Assembly (NCBI GenBank): GCA_027482685.1
Contig: JAIXVU010000002.1
Coordinates: 19,352-83,351 of the forward strand
Length of the DNA: 64,000 nucleotides
Direction: 5' to 3'
DNA from: a bacterium
GTDB lineage: Bacteria > Patescibacteriota > Minisyncoccia > Phycocordibacterales > UBA5272
Shown: positions 57,513 through 64,000 of the stretch, piece by piece
How the letters are laid out: each line of letters begins with the position of its first letter
How positions within the stretch are numbered: the stretch's first letter is position 1
Position numbers and translations under genes: made by a program
The notes under the pieces: generated by a model
Database searches by the model: none
The model's input: the letters and a program-made list of their open reading frames with translations, nothing else
Told to the model about the DNA's origin: nothing

Positions 57513-57908
57513 ATGTATACTTGTTATTATAATCACACGTGCAACATCGCCATGACATCACTATCTTCTAGAATAAAAGAAAGCATCAGCTTCATTTGTC
57601 TCTATCTCACAACAGTAACTCTTTCATTTGCGCAAAATCTAAATAGTATTGTTATCGACGGAGAAACACTTTTTGAACGTGTTGTTAATGAGATACTTAA
57701 CCCAATCTATCAGTTCATGGTTGCTATTGCAGCATTGTATTTTCTTTATGGTGTTGCGAAGTTTATCTATGATCTTAATGACCCAGAGAAGAAAAATTTT
57801 GGGAAGAGTCACCTTCTCTATGGGATGATAGGAATGTTCATTATACTTTCAGTCGGTGGAATACTTCCATGGTTAAACGGCATCATTGGTGGAATGTTCC
57901 AGTATTAG
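57513..57908 (+). CDS. two-TM pilin-like protein (paralog of the three preceding genes)
   Basis: Leader ending SFAQ; TM1 IYQFMVAIAALYFLYGVAKFIY; loop DLNDPEKKNFGKSH; TM2 LLYGMIGMFIILSVGGIL. The start is probably an internal Met (MTSLSS...). Confidence 0.35.
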   Translation: MYTCYYNHTCNIAMTSLSSRIKESISFICLYLTTVTLSFAQNLNSIVIDGETLFERVVNEILNPIYQFMVAIAALYFLYGVAKFIYDLNDPEKKNFGKSHLLYGMIGMFIILSVGGILPWLNGIIGGMFQY

Positions 57909-57914
57909 AGTACG

Positions 57915-58014
57915 GGCTAGAGAGTTAGGGTTTAGAGGATAGAGAAAAGCTGAAGCCAAAGGCTTCAGCTTTTCTAGTTTACTAACCCCTAGCCCCTAAA
58001 CACTAACCCCTAGG
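57915..58014. repeat. intergenic palindromic element: perfect 13-bp hairpin (agaaaagctgaagcc-aaa-ggcttcagcttttct) flanked by inverted ctag/ttaggg stop-rich arms
   Basis: Read directly between the pilin-like cluster and glyQS. Confidence 0.5.
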
Positions 58015-58034
58015 TGTGTTAGAATAAACAAACT

Positions 58035-59429
58035 ATGCCAGAAAACATACCAACATCTAAGAATGCATCACGCATGGAAGCTATCGTCTCACTCTGTAAG
58101 CGTCGAGGGTTCATTTTTCAAGGGTCTGAGATATATGGCGGACTCGCGGGAACTTTTGATTATGGCCCATATGGTGTGCTACTTAAGCGTGCAATAGAGA
58201 ATGCATGGTGGGATTTCTTTGTTACTCGTCGTGATGATATGTATGGACTAGATGCAAGCATCATCTCAAGTGAGAAGATATGGGAGGCAAGTGGTCACCT
58301 TACCGGCTTTACCGATCCTCTTGTAGAAGATACAAAGACCAAGAAAAATTACCGCGCAGACCATATTATAGAAGATGCTGGGCATGTTGCAGTGGGATTA
58401 ACTCCAGAGCAAATGTCAGCGCTTATTCGTGAGAAAGGTATCAAGAGTCCAGATGGTAATGAGCTAGGAGAGGCGAAGACATTTAACCTCCTCTATCCAG
58501 TACAGATGGGGGCATCTTCGGGGACAGCGTCTACCGCATATCTTCGTGGCGAGCTTGCGCAAGGGATGTTCACCAATTACAAGAATGTAATGGATAGTGT
58601 TCATCCTAAGCTTCCTTTTGGACTTGCTCAAGTAGGTAAGGCATTTCGTAACGAGATAGCACCGAGAGATTATACTTTTCGTACACGTGAGTTTAACTTG
58701 ATGGAGTTTGAATATTTCTTTGACCCACGTCTCGGCAATTGGCAAGAGTTGTTTGAAATGTGGCGTACAGAAATGTATACATGGATGGATCATGTTGGTA
58801 TCAAGAAAGACATGACACACGAGATAGAGAAGCAGGGACCAGATCTCGCGCACTACAGTAAGCGTACTATTGATATTGAGTTTGATTTTCCTTTCGGGCA
58901 GAAAGAGTTGTATGGTCTTGCATATCGTACTGACTATGATCTTACACAACATCAGGCTCATAGCGGTATTTCACATGCATATGTTGATGATACAACAGGT
59001 GAGAAGTTCATTCCACATGTACTTGAGCCGACGTTTGGTATTGATAGAACAATTCTTGCGGTACTCACAAGCGCGTATAATGAGGAAGTTGTAGGGGAGG
59101 GAGATACACGTACAGTGTTACGCTTCCAACCACGTATCGCGCCAGTTCAGATTGCAGTGCTTCCTCTTTCAAAAAAAGAAGAACTTACCAAACCTGCACA
59201 AGAGATAGTTGCCATACTCCGTAAACTATTCCGTACATCATATGATGAGACACAGTCAATCGGTAAGCGTTATCGTAGACAGGATGAGATAGGGACACCA
59301 TACTGTGTGACGGTTGATTTTGATACACTTACTGATAACGCAGTTACTGTGCGAGACCGCGATACCATGGAGCAGGTGCGTATCCCAGTTGCGGAGCTTG
59401 CGACATACTTTACTTCTAAAATTTTGTAG
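58035..59429 (+). CDS. glyQS: glycine--tRNA ligase (alpha2 dimeric type)
   Basis: 464 aa; RRGFIFQGSEIYGGLAGTFDYGPYGVLLKRAIENAWW and class II motifs; size and sequence typical of the archaeal/eukaryal-like GlyRS found in many bacteria. Confidence 0.85.
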   Translation: MPENIPTSKNASRMEAIVSLCKRRGFIFQGSEIYGGLAGTFDYGPYGVLLKRAIENAWWDFFVTRRDDMYGLDASIISSEKIWEASGHLTGFTDPLVEDTKTKKNYRADHIIEDAGHVAVGLTPEQMSALIREKGIKSPDGNELGEAKTFNLLYPVQMGASSGTASTAYLRGELAQGMFTNYKNVMDSVHPKLPFGLAQVGKAFRNEIAPRDYTFRTREFNLMEFEYFFDPRLGNWQELFEMWRTEMYTWMDHVGIKKDMTHEIEKQGPDLAHYSKRTIDIEFDFPFGQKELYGLAYRTDYDLTQHQAHSGISHAYVDDTTGEKFIPHVLEPTFGIDRTILAVLTSAYNEEVVGEGDTRTVLRFQPRIAPVQIAVLPLSKKEELTKPAQEIVAILRKLFRTSYDETQSIGKRYRRQDEIGTPYCVTVDFDTLTDNAVTVRDRDTMEQVRIPVAELATYFTSKIL

Positions 59430-59444
59430 TATACTTCTAGGTAT

Positions 59445-60242
59445 ATGGAGCGATTCGCATCAGAACAAGTAGGTAATGAGGTACATCATCCTCCAAAGAA
59501 TCTTGAGATAGGAGAAAATACATTAGAACGTAACAAAGGTCGTGAAGGAAAAGTCCTTCGTTCAAGTTTTGCTGGTATAAAAGCTCTTGCTGACAAAAAA
59601 GCTCGAGCGCTTGCAGCTGCTGCACTTGTTGGTCTTGGTGGGGCTGGGCTTGCAAACAATGTCGAAGCACAGACACCCGTATGGAATGGGCAATACCAAG
59701 GACAACAGGGTTTTGTAAATCCAAATGGATCTCAAGGTGGTTGGGGGCAGGGTGGTAGAATTGTTGGAACCGCAGAGAATGTTGCTAGAGGAATAGGGGC
59801 AAGTATTATTAATCAAGTGATTGCTCCAACAGATGTACAGGTAGTCGGCTTACAAAATGGCAAACCTATATTCTCGTTTAATCCACAAGTTTTAATGCAA
59901 AAAGCCCCTCAGGGGTATGAGTGGGGTATTCAAAATGAAGCACGCGAACTAATGTCCCAAATGGGGCTGACACCTTCACGTCCAGGAGAAGTGTTTTCTA
60001 TATTAAATACACGTAATCCAAACGATAGAATAGACGGAACAACTTTACAACTAGGTCAAGGTACTCGCAAAGTTGTTGTAGAGGTTGCAAGAGATAACAT
60101 TGGGCTTATGCTGAAAGTGCTTTCAGAGGTTACTGATCCTACTACAGGTGGAAGGTATCGGTTAGCACAAGAAATGCCCTTTACTGTTGGGGCAGATGGT
60201 CGTATTCAGACAGGCTCAGTGTCTAGCCAGAGATTACCTTAG
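59445..60242 (+). CDS. hypothetical secreted Gly/Gln-rich protein
   Basis: 265 aa; hydrophobic segment ALAAAALVGLGGAGLANNVEAQ; no known motif. Confidence 0.3.
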   Translation: MERFASEQVGNEVHHPPKNLEIGENTLERNKGREGKVLRSSFAGIKALADKKARALAAAALVGLGGAGLANNVEAQTPVWNGQYQGQQGFVNPNGSQGGWGQGGRIVGTAENVARGIGASIINQVIAPTDVQVVGLQNGKPIFSFNPQVLMQKAPQGYEWGIQNEARELMSQMGLTPSRPGEVFSILNTRNPNDRIDGTTLQLGQGTRKVVVEVARDNIGLMLKVLSEVTDPTTGGRYRLAQEMPFTVGADGRIQTGSVSSQRLP

Positions 60243-60328
60243 CTAGCTAGGCGGGCTGACGACTGCATAAAGAAAGACTCTGATAGATTCTTGAGAAAAA
60301 TAAGACTATATGATATAATCCAATAATC

Positions 60329-60490
60329 ATGTCAAAATCTCAAGATCATCTCATACAGATAAAAAACAAAGAAACAGGCGAAGTCTATTGGACGAGCAAG
60401 AATAAGAAGAAAGTAACTCGTAAAATAGAGCTCAAGAAGTATTCTAAGAAACTCCGTAAGCACGTAATGTTCAAGGAAACAAAGAAGTAA
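60329..60490 (+). CDS. rpmG: 50S ribosomal protein L33 (53 aa; below the ORF-track size cut-off)
   Basis: MSKSQDHLIQIKNKETGEVYWTSKNKKKVTRKIELKKYSKKLRKHVMFKETKK matches the L33 pattern Y.T.KNK....KLEL.KY....RKH....E.K; followed by two hairpin terminators. Confidence 0.7.
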   Translation: MSKSQDHLIQIKNKETGEVYWTSKNKKKVTRKIELKKYSKKLRKHVMFKETKK

Positions 60491-60546
60491 AACATACTAA
60501 AAATTATCGCCCGCGCGATAATTTTTAGTTAGAGATGGTTAAAGAC

Positions 60547-60588
60547 GGGCGGCCACCTTTGCATTCTGTGGCCGCCTGTTTTTTCCGT
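60547..60588 (+). terminator. rho-independent terminator (ggcggccac-ctttgcattct-gtggccgcc + TGTTTTTT)
   Basis: Read directly downstream of rpmG. Confidence 0.6.
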
Positions 60589-60618
60589 ATGCTACACTTT
60601 CTGTATTCTTGTAGTCTT

Positions 60619-61452
60619 ATGTCAGATATTTTTCCACCAAAAGACTTTGTGCATTTGTATCAAGATAGAGACTTCCTGCGAGCCTTATTTCCAAATGACT
60701 TGTATACAATTGTAGGTGATGATGGTGCAATTGGTCGGGCGTATACATTCGGACCTTTACAGATTGAGTACTACACAACTGATAGAGAGCCGAACATTTT
60801 GCCATTTCGTGGCATGCGTATTATCTTCTGGAACTCTATCACTCATACAATACCACCATATGGATGGAACGTTCTTCCTTTTAAGAATATTCTTGCTTCA
60901 TATGCATATATAGATATATCAGACAGTAACTATTGGCAGAGATGGAGCGAGACATTTAGAAGACAGAGAAGACTATGGGATACACAAAAAGAATATGAGA
61001 TACACATGTTAGATGAAGCTACCTATACTTCACTCTATCAACAATATGGAATATCTTCGTATTGTATATATATGACAACAAAGGTGTTACGAAAAGCGCT
61101 AGCGCTAGATACAAGTAATGTACGTATGTATGGGCTAGCAAGAAAAAGTGATGGGGTGATTGTTACAGGTGTTGCAACTATTAACAGTATGACCTCAGAA
61201 CAATCATACTACCTATCCTCTTTTACTAGAAAAGATATTGCTCCTTCTGCTTCTGGGTTGTGGCTGTTATCGAGCTGGATGGAGGAGATAAGGCAATGTG
61301 GATTACGATATGCTAATTTAGGAGTGATGTGGTCAGAAGGGATGTCTACAAGCTGGAAAGGATTTAGTGCTTTTAAGGCGAAGTTCAAACCATCTATACT
61401 TACTTTTCCAAAGCAATTCTACAAGATTACCTTTTCATTACGAAAAAAGTAA
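60619..61452 (+). CDS. hypothetical protein, possible FemAB/BioF2-like GNAT-fold (Acetyltransf_6) transferase
   Basis: Start at the internal MSDIFPP; C-terminal region VIVTGVATIN...QSYYLSSFTRKDIAPSASGLWLLSSWMEEIRQCGLRYANLG fits the a..Y..gGs....a...Lqw.ai..a...G...fdfGG pattern loosely. Confidence 0.3.
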   Translation: MSDIFPPKDFVHLYQDRDFLRALFPNDLYTIVGDDGAIGRAYTFGPLQIEYYTTDREPNILPFRGMRIIFWNSITHTIPPYGWNVLPFKNILASYAYIDISDSNYWQRWSETFRRQRRLWDTQKEYEIHMLDEATYTSLYQQYGISSYCIYMTTKVLRKALALDTSNVRMYGLARKSDGVIVTGVATINSMTSEQSYYLSSFTRKDIAPSASGLWLLSSWMEEIRQCGLRYANLGVMWSEGMSTSWKGFSAFKAKFKPSILTFPKQFYKITFSLRKK

Positions 61453-61494
61453 TCTTCAGTGAAGTACTATTCTGTGCTAGAATACGAAACACTT

Positions 61495-61565
61495 GGGCCT
61501 ATAGTTTAGTGGCAGAACAACAGTCTCCAAAACTGTTGGTCGAGGTTCGATTCCTCGTGGGCCCG
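61495..61565 (+). tRNA. tRNA-Trp (anticodon CCA)
   Basis: GGGCCTATAGTTTAGTGGCAGAACAACAGTCTCCAAAACTGTTGGTCGAGGTTCGATTCCTCGTGGGCCCG; anticodon loop CTCCAAA; 7-bp acceptor stem including a T-G pair. Confidence 0.8.
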
Positions 61566-61620
61566 CAAAAAAGTAAAAGCAGTATCATTTGATACTGCTT
61601 TTACTTTTTTGCGGGCCCAC
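61557..61620. repeat. 31-bp perfect palindrome that includes the tRNA-Trp 3' end (gtgggcccgcaaaaaagtaaaagcagtatca / tgatactgcttttacttttttgcgggcccac)
   Basis: Verified arm by arm. Confidence 0.7.
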
Positions 61621-61908
61621 AGAAAGTGAACTGCTTCACTTTCGTGAGGAATCGAATAGGGGTCGCGAAATTGCTTCGAGCGAAGCGAGGCAGATTTGTG
61701 ACCGATTTCTCGTTTATTTCATTCTCGGTGACCGAACTTCCTCGGGGGGGGTTAGCTATGTTTTTCTAGCAAGAAAAACGAGCGAGCCGTGGCCTGCGAG
61801 TTTCTTGAGCGACGGCGAAAGAAAACTTGTAGGAGATTCCTCGTGAACTTCTGTTATCATTAGTTATCAACACGGCGCTTTTCTCATACACCTATATACT
61901 ACTACTAT

Positions 61909-62967
61909 ATGGATAAAAAAATTCGCGTCGGTATTAATGGATTCGGTCGTATAGGAAGAGCGTTCTTTAAGGTTGCGTATGCTCATCCTGATATAGAAAT
62001 AGTTGCAGTGAATGATCTCGGAGATGTACATAATCTTGCGTACCTCCTTCAGTACGATACTGTGTATCGCGTTGCACACTTTGACGTGCATGCAGAAGTT
62101 CACGAGGCAGAGAATGAGCAGTACCTAGTTGTAGAAGGTGATGTTGATATGCGTGTAAAAGTTATACAAGAAAAAGACCCTGCTGTTATCCCGTGGGGTG
62201 CACTTGATGTTGATGTAGTGGTGGAGTCAACAGGGCTATTCACCGCATACGATAAGGCCAGCGCTCACTTAACAGGAGGGGCTAAGCATGTAGTAATATC
62301 AGCGCCTGCGAAAGATTCCGCAGAAGGTGGTATCCACGGTGAGACTATACTCATGGGGGTTAATGAAGAAAAGTTCGGCTCAACACCAGTTACTTCTAAT
62401 GCATCGTGTACTACTAATGCATCATCACCAGTAATTGCTATCTTAGATGAGACTGTTGGTATAGAAAAGGCGATACTTAACACTGTTCACTCATACACCG
62501 CATCACAGGGAATAGTTGATGGACCGAATAAGAAAGACTTTCGTGAAGGTCGTGCCGCTGCACAGAATATCGTACCATCATCTACTGGTGCCGCTATCGC
62601 TGTCACCAAAGCATTCACGTCACTCACGGGGCTCTTTGATGGAATATCAGTCAGAGTACCGACACCTGCGGGGTCAATAGCTGATATTACCTTTATCTCT
62701 AAGCGACCAACAACAGTAGAAGAAATAAATAAGGCCCTTACAGATGCATCTATGACAGAAAGGTGGTCAGATATATTCGCGGTAACAGAAGAAGAACTGG
62801 TATCAAGTGATATTCTTGGACTACCATATGCATCAATTGCAGATCTTAAGATGACGCGAGTGGTAGGGGGAAATCTAGTTAAGATAATGGCATGGTATGA
62901 CAATGAGATGGGGTATACACACACCCTTGTTAACCACGTCCTCAAAGCAGGAAAAGCAATAAAATAG
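61909..62967 (+). CDS. gap: glyceraldehyde-3-phosphate dehydrogenase (type I)
   Basis: 352 aa; RVGINGFGRIGR NAD motif, active-site SNASCTTNA. Confidence 0.85.
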   Translation: MDKKIRVGINGFGRIGRAFFKVAYAHPDIEIVAVNDLGDVHNLAYLLQYDTVYRVAHFDVHAEVHEAENEQYLVVEGDVDMRVKVIQEKDPAVIPWGALDVDVVVESTGLFTAYDKASAHLTGGAKHVVISAPAKDSAEGGIHGETILMGVNEEKFGSTPVTSNASCTTNASSPVIAILDETVGIEKAILNTVHSYTASQGIVDGPNKKDFREGRAAAQNIVPSSTGAAIAVTKAFTSLTGLFDGISVRVPTPAGSIADITFISKRPTTVEEINKALTDASMTERWSDIFAVTEEELVSSDILGLPYASIADLKMTRVVGGNLVKIMAWYDNEMGYTHTLVNHVLKAGKAIK

Positions 62968-63126
62968 CGATCTTCTTTGTTACGGAGCCTCGCGTACAGC
63001 GTCACCGTACTAGTAAGTACGCCTCCTTGTACGCACTCCGTGCCTCGAAGCTCATCTACTTTATTGCTTTTCTACAACATCTATTATTTTCAAAAATACT
63101 AAATTTAATAATGATATACTGAACTC

Positions 63127-63585
63127 ATGAAAATATATTTAGCAACAGATCACGCGGGGTATGAATTAAAAGAACAGATTAAGGTATACCTCGAAGAAGA
63201 GGGGCATGAGGTGTATGACTGCGGAGCTCTGACGCTCGAGCAAGGTGATGGTTATCCAGAATACATGGCACGAGCTGCCGAGAAGGTACAGGAGGATGCG
63301 TTCCATGCTCCATCTATGGCTGTTATCTTCGGCGGGTCAGGTGTTGGAGAGGCGATTGTTGCTAACCGCTTCGCTCATGTGCGTGCTGTAGTGTATGCCG
63401 GCGGTCCGCTTGATGTTATCAAAGTCTCACGAGAACATAATGATACGAACGTGCTATCGATAGGAGCGAGATTCGTAACAGTGAACGAAGCAAAGCAAGC
63501 AGTTGACTTGTTCCTACTAACTCCATTTTCACACGCCGAGCGTCATGTTGATAGAATTGTAGAAATTGAAGAACTAACAAAATAG
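63127..63585 (+). CDS. rpiB: ribose-5-phosphate isomerase B
   Basis: 152 aa; MKIYLATDHAGYELK...GGSGVGEAIVANRF...REHNDTNVLSIGARF matches the RpiB/LacAB pattern. Confidence 0.8.
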   Translation: MKIYLATDHAGYELKEQIKVYLEEEGHEVYDCGALTLEQGDGYPEYMARAAEKVQEDAFHAPSMAVIFGGSGVGEAIVANRFAHVRAVVYAGGPLDVIKVSREHNDTNVLSIGARFVTVNEAKQAVDLFLLTPFSHAERHVDRIVEIEELTK

Positions 63586-63615
63586 TGACCGTATTGAAAC
63601 TAGCCCCTAATCACT

Positions 63616-64000
63616 ATGCAAATCACCCCAGCTGTCTTACCACATACTTTTAATGAAATCCCAGATAAACTCGCGCGAGTTGATGGGCTCGCTACTCGGG
63701 TACAGATAGATATTTGTGACGGAGTATTTGGTCGTGAGAAGACATGGCAACCAACAGGCACAGAAACTCTACCATCAGGATTCTCTTATGAATTTGATAT
63801 TATGGTAAATAATTGGAAGGAGGTTCTCGGTAATTGCCTCTTACTTAACCCATCATATATTGTTATGCATGTTGACCAGTTACAAGCTGACGAACTGACT
63901 GAACTTGTGGAGATGGTAAGACCTCTTGCTATACCACTTGGTATCGCAGTATCAAATGATAAGAACATAGACTTTCTAGCTGATGCTGTACGGTATGTCC
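63616..64000 (+). CDS. rpe: ribulose-phosphate 3-epimerase-like TIM-barrel protein, partial (runs off window end)
   Basis: ITPAVLPHTFNEIPDKLARV...VQIDICDGVFG...FDIMVNN resembles the Rpe N-terminus (IAPSILSADF...HFDVMDGHFVPN...HLMV). Confidence 0.4.
   Translation, partial: MQITPAVLPHTFNEIPDKLARVDGLATRVQIDICDGVFGREKTWQPTGTETLPSGFSYEFDIMVNNWKEVLGNCLLLNPSYIVMHVDQLQADELTELVEMVRPLAIPLGIAVSNDKNIDFLADAVRYV

Noticed and set aside
61589-61846. 85-aa ORF downstream of tRNA-Trp
   Set aside because: Low-complexity translation lying across the repeated motif blocks and degenerate tRNA copies; more plausibly non-coding.
1-64000. CRISPR array or cas genes
   Set aside because: No regularly spaced direct repeats of 24-40 bp with unique spacers are visible anywhere, and there are no Cas-like ORFs.

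Overview
AT-rich (roughly mid-30s % G+C) fragment typical of a CPR/Patescibacteria (Parcubacteria-like) bacterium. Long ORFs are intact under the standard genetic code, and native genes mostly lack Shine-Dalgarno sequences and end in TAA/TAG. Positions 1-23.8 kb form a large accessory glycan-biosynthesis locus: two FkbM and one TylF-like methyltransferase, a DUF268 methyltransferase, GT2, GT-D, GT32-like and GT11 glycosyltransferases, a Wzx flippase, and an O-antigen-ligase-like protein with a TPR tail. It also carries a CDP-3,6-dideoxyhexose module (ddhA/ddhB/ddhC-like) followed by a ThDP enzyme and an SDR reductase that look like a yersiniose-type branched-sugar pathway (YerE/YerF-like), plus a GDP-mannose 3,5-epimerase. 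Visibly GC-rich (mid/upper-50s %) segments are embedded in the locus: a DUF218-like gene (8212-8970) and a Nudix gene (16808-17554), both with canonical AAGGAG/GGAGG ribosome-binding sites; the adjacent hypothetical gene (17790-18266) is intermediate in GC and also has an SD. The remaining ~40 kb is housekeeping: tsaD, rlmH, tspO, pirin, an HTH-MurA fusion, NRAMP, an ABC exporter, trxB, ftsZ, ftsA, ybeY, rpsU, hisS, lepB, pth, an S1-domain protein, gyrA, glyQS, rpmG, gap, rpiB and an rpe-like partial gene. Three tRNAs are present (Glu-TTC, Val-GAC, Trp-CCA). Each has its 3' acceptor end embedded in a 25-31 bp perfect palindrome and is followed by GC-richer DNA with degenerate copies of its own 3' end; this looks like scars of small tRNA-targeting integrative elements. 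The most unusual coding feature is a cluster of four adjacent genes (55251-57908) encoding five paralogous modules, each with a signal peptide, two transmembrane helices and a variable Cys-containing segment (TrbC/VirB2-pilin-like architecture). Terminators throughout are GC-rich perfect hairpins, often flanked by inverted stop-codon-rich A/T motifs.
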